Shown: positions 25,569 to 38,784, counted from the stretch's first letter. The stretch: DNA of 64,000 nt from Octopus vulgaris (GCA_951406725.2 OX597838.1:19592001-19656000); one strand, 5' to 3'. The notes: a model not told the origin generated them from the sequence alone. A program made the numbers and translations.

Positions 25569-26235
25569 TTATCTATCTATCTATGTATGTACGTACGTAT
25601 GTATGTATGTATGTATGTATGTATGTATGTATGTATGTATGTATATACACGCGCGTGCATGTGCATATATAAATACATACATACATAGATGCATACATAC
25701 GAACTTACATACACACATACGCATATATATGTGTGTGCATGCATGTATGTAAGTATGCATGTATGTATGTATATGTGTATGTATGTATGTATGTATGTAT
25801 GTATGTATGTATGTATGTATGTATGTATGTATGTATGTATGCATGCATGCATGTATGTATATTTGCAGCTTTGCGTACATGTGTGTGTATGCATGTATAT
25901 ATACATGTATGTATGTATGTATGCATGTATGTATATATGCATGTATGTATGCATTATGTATGTATGCATGTATGTATGTATGTATGTATGCATGCATGTA
26001 TGTATGTATGTATGCATGTATGTATGTATGTATGTATGTATGTATGTATGTATGTATGTATGTATGCATGTATGTATGTATGTATGTATGTATGTATGTA
26101 TGCATGCATGTATGTATGTATGTATGTATGTATGTATGTATGCATGTATGCATGTATGTATGTATGCATGTATGTATGTATGTATGTATGTATGTATGTA
26201 TGTATGTATGCATGCATGTATGTATGTATGTATGT
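25540..26235. repeat. (TATG)n microsatellite block
   Basis: Visible directly. Confidence 0.95.
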
Positions 26236-26492
26236 TCTACTTGCCACCCCGTGTATCTCCCGCCCATTCTCGATCTCTTTTCATTTATTTCCTCACACAC
26301 CCATATATATTGTAAATACAAAAACGTTAAGTACACAACGCAAACACAGGCGCGCACACACGCACACACACACCTACACAATTATACGCAACATTATGCA
26401 TACATACATACATACATGCATACATATATATTTACATATGTATCTTTCGCTCTCTCTATCTATCTATCTGTCTCTGTCTGTCTCTCTCTCTC

Positions 26493-26541
<49 letters not shown>

Positions 26542-27175
26542 ATAAATATATATACTTATACATTGACATAGATTTGTCTATAGATTATATGCACACATAA
26601 CTTGCATACACCGCACTCACTCATGCACACACACACATATCAACACACATTCCTGTGAGAACAATAGTGCAAACTCTATGAAAACAAAACGCACGCACGC
26701 ACGCTCATACACACGCACAAAGAAGCTAAAACAAACACACTGACACACACACTGACACAATTCTGGTATAAAAACTCGTAATTGCCCATCACGGATAAAG
26801 GAACTTGAGTGCTTTGACGCAAATTTTCTAGAAATGACTAACAATTTCATGCTATAAAAACTATGGAAGATGTCTTCTGTCAAACACTCAAAGCAGACAT
26901 GCAAATAATTCAGAAATACAGTGATGTCTTAGGTTCATCGAACGATACAAAAAAAAAAGAAAAACTCCACTTAATGATTTAGTAATATTTCAATTAAATT
27001 CTTAATTAATGACATTATACGAAAATACAGGGAAATAATTACTATTACTTACGACCATGTTGACAACGAGGCCAACCTGAAGTTTCTCAGCGGTGCAGAA
27101 ATTTGCAAGCTTCCATTATTGCAAATCTTAAAAGCGGAAATTCGCAGAGACGACAGTTGATTATTTCAGACCATA

Positions 27176-27796
27176 TTGGTTTCAAATTTTGTCACAAGGC
27201 CAGCAATTTCGAGGGAGGAGATAAATCGATTTACATTGACCTCCAGTTCTCAGCTGGTACTTAGATTATCGATCACGAAAAGCTGAAAGGCATTGTCAAC
27301 CTCGGTGGAACTTGAACTCTGAAGGTAAAGACGGACTAAGTGATGCTAAGCACTTTGTCCGGCGTGCTAACGATTCTGCTAGCTCGTTTCCTTAATAATG
27401 ATAATAATAATCCTTTCCATTATAGGCACAAGGCCTGAAGTTTTGGGGAGGGGACTAGTCGATTACATCGACCCCCAGAATTTCACTGGTACTTAATTTA
27501 TCGACTCCGAAACGATGAAAGGCAAAGTCGACCTCGGCGGAATTTGAACTCAGAACGTAAAGACAGACGAAATACCTATTTCTTTACTACCCGCAAGGGG
27601 CTAAACACAGAGACGACAAACAAGGACAGATCGATTATATCGATCCCAGTGCGTAACTGGTACTTAATTTATCGACCCCGAAATGATGAAACGCAAAGTC
27701 GACCTCGGCGGAATTTGAACTCAGAACGCAAGGGCAGACGAAATACCGCAAAGCATTTCACCCGGCGTTCTAACGTTTCTGCCAGCTCGCCGCCTT
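27176..27796 (-). mobile_element. Cluster of family B SINEs (old monomer plus dimer)
   Basis: Three GTC(G/A)ACCTCGG(C/T)GGAA(T/C)TTGAACTC cores; heads at about 27390 and 27796. Confidence 0.82.
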
Positions 27797-27830
27797 AGTC
27801 TCAGGCAATATCAACAGCTACAGGTTAGAA

Positions 27831-28094
27831 CAATGGTTCTCAACCGAGGTCCACATGGCCTTGGGGTGGGTGGGTGGCATATAAGATTTTGCTGTTAAAA
27901 TGTATTCCAATGAACTGGCTATATTTCTTCAATACACAAAATGTTTTTATAATTTTTTTTATACGAATCCTAATAATATTTAATCAAAAAAATATAATTG
28001 GATTTTTTAAAAACATTGAATGGGTATGAGGGTCCAGGTAGAGTGGTATACGAATTGAAGGGGCCCATAGGCAAAAAATGGTTGAGAACCACTG
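27831..28094. mobile_element. hAT-type MITE
   Basis: TIRs CAATGGTTCTCAACC and GGTTGAGAACCACTG; flanks GGTTAGAA and GGTTGCAA (degenerate 8-bp TSD). Related fragment at about 5340-5473. Confidence 0.78.
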
Positions 28095-28128
28095 GGTTGC
28101 AATAAGGAAATGCTTAAGCGCTAAAACT

Positions 28129-28307
28129 TTTCTATATTTAAGAGATGAGGAATTATGTACATTATTTACATTATTTACATTCGACGGATATTTGTCCTCA
28201 TCTTGTTTGTTGTTAACACAACGTTTCGGCTGATATACTCTCCAGCCTTCATCAGGTGTCTTGGGGAAATTTCGAATCTGGGTTCTCATTCCTAACGTAT
28301 TTTTCGA

Positions 28308-28402
<95 letters not shown>

Positions 28403-28467
28403 TCACTGCCTGGAATCGAACTCAGAATCTTGGGGCTAGTAGCCCGCACTCTTAACCACTATGCCAT
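28129..28467 (-). mobile_element. tRNA-headed SINE-like element with internal (AAT)n and a hammerhead-containing tail (family E)
   Basis: A box TGGCATAGTGG, B box GAGTTCGATTCC, (AAT)n, then CCCCAAGACACCTGATGAAGGCTG...CAGCCGAAACGTTGTGTT and a TGTAAATAA-repeat tail. Confidence 0.8.
28215..28260 (-). ncRNA. Minimal type I hammerhead ribozyme with intact core
   Basis: GACAC-CUGAUGA-A-GGCUG-gagaguauau-CAGCC-GAAA-CG-UU^GUGUU: 5-bp stem I, 5-bp stem II, palindromic AACGUU stem III; predicted cleavage between 28220 and 28219. Confidence 0.85.
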
Positions 28468-28493
28468 ATTCCAAGTTCGATTCCAGGCAGTGA

Positions 28494-28546
<53 letters not shown>

Positions 28547-28675
28547 GTGAAAAATACCTTAGGAATTTCCCCAAGACACCTGATGAAGGATGTAGAGTAT
28601 ATCAGCCGAAACGTTGTTAACAACAAACAAGATGAGGACAAATATCCATCGAATGTAAATAATGTAAATAATGTG
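28468..28675 (+). mobile_element. 5'-truncated inverted copy of family E with a damaged hammerhead (28575-28618)
   Basis: Starts just before the B box and abuts the head of the minus copy; CTGATGA at 28580 and GAAA at 28608, with a stem II mismatch and a 2-nt loss in stem I. Confidence 0.82.
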
Positions 28676-28849
28676 CGCCAAAACTTTATGTTGCAGTACC
28701 CACGCACGTAAGTATTAGTTATGCAACCGAGGAAAAATTTCAAGTTTTTGCATGAGTTGAAATCTATATGGATGAAAAATAACAAAACTTCTGTTCCCAA
28801 ATATATTTAAGCAGCTGTGTGTAATATGAGAGCCCTTGGGAGAAATAAG

Positions 28850-29300
28850 TGTTTCATGTGTGCGCGCATTCCTGCCTGGGAAAGATTTGCAAATTTATTA
28901 TGACATACTCACATTTCTAATATATAGAAAGGAAGAGCTACTTATGTTTCCCCGACTTAAAATTTGTAATAAATGCAAGCAGCATAGACTGTTCTTGGGC
29001 CACATGTTATAAAACAAGGGCGCTTTTATCATTTTTACTCAAAGAACCGGGCGAAATTTAAAACCTAGGAAAGACAAAGCCGGAAAGCGGTTCTGAGGAA
29101 TGTTACATGGTCTGGCATTTGTGCCTGAAAATGAAGTAAAAGAATGCATGAAATGTTTGAAACATATTCCTGAAGGAATGGTACAGTTGCTTAAATATTT
29201 TGATAAGATTTATGTTAAAAGAACTTATGCTTATAGTAGAAAGGACGTTTAATATATCCGAGCTCTAGATAAGTGCTGTATATTTTAACGCGTTTATAAT
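28850..29300 (+). pseudogene. MULE (Mutator-like) transposase remnant
   Basis: From 29098: GMLHGLAFVPENEVKECMKCLKHIPEGMVQLLKYFDKIYVKR, matching the LAFLP...V...YF..TYV motif of animal MULEs. Confidence 0.7.
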
Positions 29301-29484
29301 GTCCGCTGAACTCACTTTGCAAAATGTAAGGCGTTTGTAGTTTAGGGAATAGTAGGGGGTTACAAACGAAACATTTGTTTGTGTCTTCCTCTCTATTGTA
29401 AAAAAACATTTCTTAAGCTATGGGTTATTTATAAAAAGGAATTTTCAGGAAAGGAAGGGTTGCTAAGGGGAAAAAAAACCAACA

Positions 29485-29730
29485 AGTAAGAATTACTAAG
29501 AAATGACCAACAAGAAAGGATTAATAAGGAAAAAGACTACTAAGAAAGAACTAACAAGAGATGATATTGCTAACAAACTGAAGGACAAATGAGTAAGAAT
29601 TACCAACGAAGAATATAGAAGAAAAGATTGGTAGGAAATGACCGACATGAAAAGATTGCTGAGAAATGACAGACATTAAATGATTATTAAGAAATAAACA
29701 ACAAGAAAGGATCGATAAGGAAATAAAGTA
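29485..29730. repeat. Degenerate ~28-bp minisatellite (ATTACTAAGAAATGACCAACAAGAAAGG-like)
   Basis: Several diverged recurrences of AAGAAATGAC..ACA.GAAA. Confidence 0.55.
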
Positions 29731-30742
29731 TCAAAGGAATGACCCCATCACGCCAAGAAAGGGAATGATTAAAAATACAACAAGCGAAGAAGTATTAAGT
29801 GGAAGGGATTGAAAATTCATGGCAAGATTATCAGCTACATGATAGACATTGCGGTTTGCGAGTGAGAGGCGTCGGCTGTTTTAGTCAAACAAACCAAATT
29901 CAATGAAACCTGTTCTTAGAAGACAAGTAAACTCGTTAATGAAAGAGAGAAGCTTATCAACACCCTGCTAGCCAGTTCAACAAACCAATCAACCAATGAA
30001 TCAGCTAAATCGCCATATTAAACATCACCCCTGCCATCTCTCCGTCTTCTTCGTCTTATTCTCTGATTCGCTATTGAAATAAAGTGTGGCATAAAAAGAA
30101 ATTTTCTTCTTTTTTGACTTTTTAAAAAATTTTTTTCAGGTTTTTCGTTTTTTTTTTTAAATTTTGTTTTTTTCTAATTTTATTTCATGTTTTGCAAGAA
30201 AACTCATTTCCGTCTCGCTTTGTGGAAATACTTTATTTAAAAACGACTGTAAAAGAAACAAGGATGAACAACAATAACCAAAACAACGGCCAGGACAGAA
30301 CAACAACAACAACAACAACAGGAGCAACTACAACACTAGTATCGACTCAATAAACACACAAGAAACAACAACAACAACAACAAAAATTGTCACAACATCA
30401 CCACCATCGCTACAATAAAAAAGAAAGCCGACTAAAAACGTTAACATTAACAATAACAACGACAACGACAGACAGACAGAAAATATAACAACATCAACAA
30501 CAGACACAGGAATGGCCGTGTGGTAAGAAGATTGCTTCCCAACTACGTGGATCCGGGTTGAGTCCCACTGCGTGGCAGCTTCGGCGAGTGTTTTTTTTTA
30601 CTATAGCCTCGGACCAACCAAAAGGCCTTGTGAGTGGAATTTGACCTCGGCGGAGTCTGAGCTCGCAAACGTAAATAGGAACGAAATAATGCCGGTAAGC
30701 ATGTTTGCCTGGCGTGCTAACGATTCTGCCAGCTCGCTGCCT

Positions 30743-30744
30743 TG

Positions 30745-30787
<43 letters not shown>

Positions 30788-30857
30788 CAACAACAACAAA
30801 AATAATAACAATAACAACAAAGATAATGACAATGATGATGATGATGATGATGATGAT

Positions 30858-30928
<71 letters not shown>

Positions 30929-30995
30929 CAACAACAACAAAAATAATAACAATAACAACAAAGATAATGACAATGATGATGATGATGATGATGAT

Positions 30996-31057
<62 letters not shown>

Positions 31058-31124
31058 CAACAACAACAAAAATAATAACAATAACAACAAAGATAATGAC
31101 AATGATGATGATGATGATGATGAT

Positions 31125-31165
<41 letters not shown>

Positions 31166-31232
31166 CAACAACAACAAAAATAATAACAATAACAACAAAG
31201 ATAATGACAATGATGATGATGATGATGATGAT

Positions 31233-31265
<33 letters not shown>
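30743..31265. repeat. Higher-order repeat of a compound (AAT)(AAC)(GAT) microsatellite, 4 units
   Basis: Fixed spacer AAAAATAATAACAATAACAACAAAGATAATGACAAT occurs 4 times. Confidence 0.9.
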
Positions 31266-31402
31266 TGTCTAATAAGTGAAGTGGAAGTGCCAGGAGATCT
31301 ACATATGAAAGAAAGAGAAAAGGTTGATAAATATGGAGACCTGAGAATTGAGATCACTAAGATGTGGCAGCTACGAGAGTGGAACATAAAGATTATCCAT
31401 AT
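31266..31402 (+). pseudogene. Second restriction-like endonuclease fragment (R4/Dong-like)
   Basis: CLISEVEVPGDLHMKEREKVDKYGDLRIEITKMW matches the D..VP.D...KE.EK..KY.DL..E...W motif; directly follows (AAT)n. Confidence 0.75.
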
Positions 31403-32146
31403 ATTCGTATATTTTACCCAGTATCACTTTGATGGCATGCACTGCTCTCTCACTCAATATAATGATGATGACGATGAATCTTTCTGAATGTTGTTTGTTC
31501 CGGTCTCCCGGTTTCCTTGGCGTATAGGTTCTCCACCTGGACGGGACGCCGGTCCGTCGCAGGTGAGCTGCAAGATGCAGGAGGAAAGGGTGAGAGAAAG
31601 TTGTGACGAAAGAGTCAGCAGAAGTTCGCCATTACCTTCTGGCAACAACATTATATGTTTCCAGAGTATAATGGTATAATAATGTAATGTAGAAGGAATG
31701 ACACGAATAAAGCAGCTGAAACTATTATGTGTATATAAATGTATAAGGATAGGACATGCATGTACCGTGCGAGGAGAGGGAGAAAGGGACAGAGACAAAG
31801 AGAGAGGGGGATAGGCAGACAGACAGACAGACAGACAGACCGACAGAGACGAAAACAGGGATAGAGACGAGAGAGAAACTGAGAGAGAGGAACGGGAAGG
31901 TGGATGAAGAAATGAGAGAGGGGGGATGAAATAGACAGAAAGGAGAGGAGAACAGTAAGGGAGAGATTAGAGCGAGGAGGTAGGAAAGAGAGAGAGAGGG
32001 GGATAGACAGACAGACAGAGAGAGACAAAGACAAGGATACAGGCGAGAGAGAAACAGAGAGGGTAGAACCGGAGGGTGAATGATGAAAAGACAGAGAGAG
32101 AGTGTGTGGGAAGGGGGAACAGACAGAAAGGAGAGGTAGGAGAGAG

Positions 32147-32185
<39 letters not shown>

Positions 32186-33244
32186 GAGGAGACTTGGGAA
32201 AGAGCGAGAGAGAGAAGAAAAGTAAATGAGAGCAGAGAAGAAGAAGAAGAAGAAGAAGAAGAAGAAGAAGAAGAAGAAGAAGAAGAAGAAGAAGAAGAAG
32301 AAGAAGAAGAAGAAGAAGAAGAACAACAACAACAACAACAACAAGTACAATAGAAAATGGCTGAAAATGTGGCTATGAATCGATGCCAGATTTGTTTCCA
32401 GCTTGAGTGGTGCTCTATATTTATTAAAGGAGACATTGATGCAAAGACCTTCCCAGCCATTTTAGAATTATTCGTGGAATGGGAATCACTACAAAAAAAA
32501 AGCAAAACAAAAAACAAAAATAAAAAAGCAGTAAAAACAACGACTCCAACTGTTATTAATAGTAACCGCGTCTGCTACAAGTTAGAAGGCGTGAAAATCT
32601 GCTGAGAAGAGACAAGTCGACTGCGACTGGTACTTATTTCATGGACCTCCGAAAGGATGACGATTGCCAGTTTAGCATATTTTTTTGCTAGATCTGGCAT
32701 TTTTTTTTTTCGGTATTTAGCAGAAAAATTTTGAATCTAGCATTTAACAGGGGAAATAGCAAGTTTAAAATTTTATTTAGTATTTTTCTCTGATCATGAC
32801 ATTTCCACAATAGTTACCCTTTTTTCTTCTTTTTACCCCTTTTCTACTTTCGTTTAAGTATCTTACAGCCAAATTTTAGTACTATCGGCTATTGTCGAAT
32901 TTTTCTTTCACTTTCTTGAAACTTCAAATGAAAGTTATCCAAAGGAAATTTATCAAGTTATGACCTTTTCAAGCCCCCTCCCACCCCTCTTGGATACAGA
33001 GTGGTGCTTATGGAGTGAGGGGAAGATAACCCGTGTCAGCACCTGAATTCACTACACAATGATGTAAATATGTTGCAAAGAATGAGAGCATGGAAATTCG
33101 TCCTAACAATGCTTTATTCTGTAGTGATGTGTTTTATCATGGCAGGTTGACTGATTCACTTTCAGTTTGACTGTTTTGACATAAGCCTGTGTTTTTTTTT
33201 TCTATGCTTGTTTGGAGTATATATAACAGTTACAAACGAAAGAT

Positions 33245-33496
33245 ACACCGCCGGAAGTTCTTGTTGACAAACAACAGCAGTAATTTTATTCAGCTGAATA
33301 CACGTCATTGATTGGTTGAAATTACCGAAATACGAGAACTTCAACACGAAATAACTTTATAAACATGAACTTTTCTCAAAAACGCTAAGCGTAGAAAGGT
33401 GTTTTATATGACACATTCTACCAGTGTCCGAAGTTTGGAAGTGTTTAGTTACAAAAAAATATTTTTTTAAACTGTAGGTCAAAAGGTAAAGATCCC
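33245..33496 (-). mobile_element. Partial MITE related to 23455-23863
   Basis: Shares the GGGATCTTT terminus, ACTGGTAGAATGTGT and ATTTCAACCAATCAATGACGT. Confidence 0.7.
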
Positions 33497-33552
33497 AATT
33501 TTATATTTTTATTAATCATTCAATTTATTTTCTTGCTTCCCACTATATTATA

Positions 33553-35050
33553 ATGAGCAAAGAAAAAACAAAGTTGTACCAGCAAAAATTCTGAAAGGAA
33601 TGGCTTAAGATGCCAGGGTTTACTAAGTGGTTGTGTGAAGTACCTAGTGACCAATCTAAAGCACATTGCAGATATTGCAGATGTAATATGTTGGCAAAAT
33701 ATTCTCTTTTAGTAAACCACTGTGAAGTAAAAGAAACATAAGGCATCAACTCCACAGCAAATGATTCCTCTTACCAGTTTTATTAAAACCAAAAATGATA
33801 AGACATCTATGCTTGAAGCAAATTTAGCAATGCCTATTTGTTGCTACTCATCATTTAATAGCTGTGATCACTTAATAGAGTTATGTAAAAATTATATGTC
33901 TGATAGTGATATTATATCCAAAGTGAAGTTGCATTGTACAAAATGTGCAAATATTGAGAAATGTTCTAGTTCCATATTTTGATGGAGATTTGATTTCTGA
34001 TATAGGAGATAGAAAATTTAGCCTGTTATTAGATGAAGCCAATGATATATCGATAAACAAGTTGTTAGGAATTGTTATCATATATTACAGTGACACAAAA
34101 AAGTGCTACAATTCTCAGTATGGCATCTTTAGAAACGTGATGCAGATGGCATTGTAGAAGCCTTAAAAACTGAATTAGCGAAAAAGAAATTAGATATAAA
34201 AAATTTACTGGGTATAGGAACTGAAAATGCTAGAGTAATGACAGGAATCAACAATGGTGTTTTCCAGAAATTAAAAGAAGTTCCATTATTAATTCCATTT
34301 AGATGTGTATGTTATTCTTTACAGTTGGCAGTATCCCACATTTGTGCTCAATACCTGCCCATAAATTTAGAATTTTTAGTATCCGAAACCTATAAATGGT
34401 TCTCTCATTCTTCAACAAGACAAAGTGCCTACAGACAATTTTACCTTGCTATCAATGATAAAGAGCCTTTGAAGATTTTGAATTCTTGTACAACTAGGTG
34501 GCTGTCAATAGAACCAGCTATAAATAGAATTTTAAGCCAACGGTTTGAATCGCAAACTCACTTCCAAACTACAACTACAAAAGAAAAATGCTTTACAGCA
34601 CAAACGTTACATGAAATGTTTTGTGATTCTAGGAAGGAACTTTACCTTTTATTTTTGCATCCAATTTTAAAACATGTTCAGGAAGTGAATAAACTGTTTG
34701 AATCAAATACTGTCGACAAAACAAAATTACTTGAAGATCTTTCAAATTTGATCAAATCTGTTGCTAATATGATATGTTGCCAACATGTAGAATTGATCCT
34801 CTTGATCCGGATGCTTCTATTGAAAATTTTCTGGATCCTAAACCAAATTTAGGCTACAAGTTCGAGAGAAAGATAGCAGAAAAGATTATCAATAAGACTG
34901 TAATTACAGCCACCGCAGAAAATAATATTCCTCAAAGTGCACAACAATTTTTACTCTGCTTTTATGAAGAGCTCAAGTATCGTTTGCCAGGAAATATTAA
35001 TGTACTGAGGAATATCAAATGTTTTCCAGTAGAGAAGAAAAAGAAGCAGT
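33553..35050 (+). pseudogene. hAT-superfamily transposase pseudogene with N-terminal zinc finger
   Basis: WL...AHCRYC zinc finger, FSLLLDEANDIS (first D), GTENARVMTG, CVCYSLQLA (CxxH-like) and TRWLS; several frameshifts and stops. Possible left end TTGCCAGTTTAGC at about 32664. Confidence 0.88.
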
Positions 35051-35099
35051 AAAAGGATTACATTAGATCTGTGGTTCCCAAAGTGGGCGGTATTGCCCC

Positions 35100-35465
35100 C
35101 TAAAACCAAGGACTTGTATGCTGGAGCATTATCCTGATGACACAAAACCCCTTTTCGCCAGCTCTCTGAGCGTTTAGTCTTCATAGCCTTCATAACTGCC
35201 TTTGTACGTTGGCATACGATCCATTGATGGTGTCACACTTTTGAAGATGGCCAATAAACACAATACCTTTTGTATCTCTCAAAACTAAGGCCATCACCCT
35301 TCTGGCTAATGAAACGACTTTTGCCTTCTTTGGAGCAAGTGAGGAGCGATGTTTCCGCTGTATGGATTGTCTCTTTGTATCTGACTCAAAGGGACGACTC
35401 CAACACTCATCCTGAGTTACGAAACGTTTAAAGAAGGAAACAAGCTGGATCTGCTTCAAACAATG
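35100..35465 (-). pseudogene. mariner transposase catalytic-domain fragment
   Basis: KRFVTQDECW...TKRQS...PKKAK...VMA...DTKGIVFI and KGVLCHQDNAPAY. Confidence 0.85.
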
Positions 35466-35771
35466 TCAGATTTTCCACATACGCGTATATGTGCACACAC
35501 ATAACATACATGCAAATATACGTATATACAACATAAAAATGCGTATGCGTGTATGTGGTAAGCGCGTGCCAGGTCATTTCGGAGCAGCTAAGGATGTAAA
35601 CATAGGACACAGGAAATGTGTCAAGGCCGACAGAAAGCGTTGATGCTTCCTAGGGCTAAATAGCGGTGATGTGTGATCCCCTTCATGGGACTGTCACATT
35701 AAGTTGACAGTATACAACTACTCTGTCGTACCACCACTGCTTATATCTCCCTGAGATATTTAGAAATCTAA

Positions 35772-35774
<3 letters not shown>

Positions 35775-35809
<35 letters not shown>

Positions 35810-35844
35810 CACATTCATATATAACTATATGTATATGTATGTAC

Positions 35845-35905
<61 letters not shown>

Positions 35906-35921
35906 TAGATATAGATTGATT

Positions 35922-35967
<46 letters not shown>

Positions 35968-36093
35968 AATAGATATATACACATATATACATGTGTTTAC
36001 ATATATGTGCAGATGTATTTATGTATGCGTGTATGTATATATATATATTATATATATGTATATACATATATATATACATATATATATTATATG

Positions 36094-36141
<48 letters not shown>

Positions 36142-36543
36142 CGTACGTATGTATGTATGTGTGTATGTATGTATATGTATGTATGCATGTATGTATGTAT
36201 GTATGTTTGTATGTATGAATGTATGTATGTATGTATGTATGTATGTATGTATGTATGTATGTGTGTGTGTATGTATGCATGGCTATATCTACATTTATCT
36301 ATATGTATGCGTGCATTCCCTCTATCTAGCTGTCGATTGGAGATCTAAAGGATTTTCGTTTCTAGTTTGTTTGTTTTTTGTTTTTTTTCTTTTTTGTTTC
36401 CTTTACTGCATCGAATCTCGTTCCCTGTTGATGTATATCGTCGCTGTTTACCATCTTTGTTTAGTTACCATCATTATTGACACTTGGAAATCCGTTACGT
36501 TCAATCAAACAAAACAGACGTTGAGCAAACTACCTTAATATGG

Positions 36544-36619
<76 letters not shown>

Positions 36620-37240
36620 ACACATGTATATATATATATACACACATATATAAGTGTTCGCGTGTCTGTAATATATAATACGGAAAAAATTTGGCGCTTA
36701 CAAAACAGTAATCTCGTTTCGCCGTTGGCTCATCGGAGAATATATATATGTACGTGCATGTAAGCATGTATGTATGTATGTATGTATGTATGTATGTATG
36801 TATGTATGTATGTATGTATGTATGTATGTATGTATGTATGTATGTAGGTAGGTAGGTATGTATGTATGTATGTATGTATTTATGTACGTATGTATGTATG
36901 TATGTATTTATGTACGTATGTATGTATGTATATACATAATGAGGAGATTGTCAATATATGAAGGAGGCGGGTGTGGGACCGAATACAAAAATCAAGATGA
37001 AAAATAAAGATCGGATTATACATAAATACATATGTATGTATGCATGTATGTTTCTATGTATCTATGTATGTGTGTATGTGTGTATGTATGTATGTATGTA
37101 TGTATGTCCTTCTGAATGTGTATGTATGCGTGTCCTTGTGTATGTATGCGTGTTTGAATGTGTACGCACACACATATATATATACAAATATGTATATATA
37201 TATATATATATGCATTGATAGATAGATGGATAGATAGATG

Positions 37241-37275
<35 letters not shown>

Positions 37276-37430
37276 TGATTGATTGATTGATTGATATACA
37301 TTTACACATATAAGCATATATTTATTTATATATGCATATAGGTAAGTGTATATAATGGATACACACACACACACACATACACACACATTCATATATATTG
37401 TAGGATAAATAAGCACACACACACACACAA
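35775..37430. repeat. Mixed (TA)n/(GATA)n/(TATG)n/(CA)n microsatellite field
   Basis: Visible directly, with short unique islands. Confidence 0.85.
36706..36740 (-). ncRNA. Degenerate minimal hammerhead motif
   Basis: CCGAUGA-GCC-aac-GGC-GAAA-CGAGAUUACUG; stems I and III are damaged. Confidence 0.45.
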
Positions 37431-38112
37431 ACGTACACGTACAACACAGACGTTCGCGTGGGAAGATAGCATGCTATATCTTAAAGTAATTTTATTTTAA
37501 GCCGGAGCTTTACAAACTGCGACTCTGGGTCTCACATTTTACTGATTTTTAAGCAATAAATCCACTGAAACAAACAACCTGTCCTATATATTATATACAA
37601 ATTAATAATCTTCATATATGAGATCAACTTTAGCAACAGAAAACTTTTGTTATTTGCTTAGAGTATGTAAGAGCATGAGGCAAAATTATCCGAGATGCTC
37701 CTGCGAAGCATTTTAGGCGTGGCTGTGAGATTCAATGTTTGCTTCGCAACCGCTTGGCTCTGGGTTCAGTTCGACTGGGTGACACATTGTCCCAGTGTCT
37801 CCTACAAAACCTCGGGCCGACCAAAGCCTTGTGAGTGGATTTGGTTGACGGGAGTAGAGATAAGCCCTGCTACTTAATTTTAAGCGTGGTGCTTATTTTA
37901 TCGGTCTTTTTAGCCGAACCGCTACGTTACTGGTGCGTAAACACACAACACTGATTGTCAAGCGGTAGAAGGAAGACAAATACAGATAGAAAGGCACACA
38001 CACACACATATATATTGATAAAAACGGTAAGGTAACAAAAGAAAGAAAGAGACCTCGATATTATGTAAATAGAGGAATTTATCTGTAAATGTAATATGTA
38101 ACAATTATTGGG

Positions 38113-38186
38113 TAGCCATGATAAAATTCCGAGTTTCGGATGCCGAGGTGGAAATCCACGCCGCCACCTCTTCAGTTATCCGGCCA
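38113..38186 (-). ncRNA. Type I hammerhead ribozyme motif in a probable Penelope-type terminal-repeat fragment (about 38020-38420)
   Basis: GGCC-G-GAUAA-CUGAAGA-[imperfect stem II with GUGGA/UCCAC hairpin]-GAAA-CUCGGA-AUU^UUAUC-AU-GGCU; stem I GAUAA/UUAUC is perfect and extended. Confidence 0.7.
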
Positions 38187-38696
38187 TCGGAAAAAACGCT
38201 ATGAAAAATGACTGTAAGGGAAATTACTGTGTGATTGCCCATTATTAAGACAAAAGAGCTATTCGAATGACCGCTAAGTAAGGGAGTAAAGTAAAGGGGT
38301 AAAAAGTTCATAGTATTCGCGTAAGCGCGCCTGTTCATACCTACACAAGTGCGCCCGCACACATACGTGCTTGCGCTTACATTCATCCACCCTCACTTGA
38401 AAACGTACACATCCTCACTGGCATCGTTCGCCAAATGTATATGCATATACATACAAACCCCCCACACACACACGCGCACCGTAAAGGTTCATACACACGT
38501 CTACATACGCACAAGCACAAGAAAAAAACAGGGTTAAGAGTAACAATACAGAAAAAAAAGGCATAAGGGAGTATACAAAGAGTAAACCACGTCTATATAC
38601 GCACGTACCCTTATGCACGCACACACACATGCCCATATACGCACATACCCGCACACGTCTATATGAAAGTTCCCTTTCGCTCCTATTTTGTGTGTG

Positions 38697-38752
<56 letters not shown>

Positions 38753-38784
38753 TGTGTGTGTGTGTGCGTGCGCGCGCGCGCGTG

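Noticed and set aside
28400-28467. Functional tRNA gene (also 49172, 9250-9322 and 63880-63955)
   Set aside because: A and B boxes are present but acceptor stems do not close and each continues into a repeat body; these are SINE heads.
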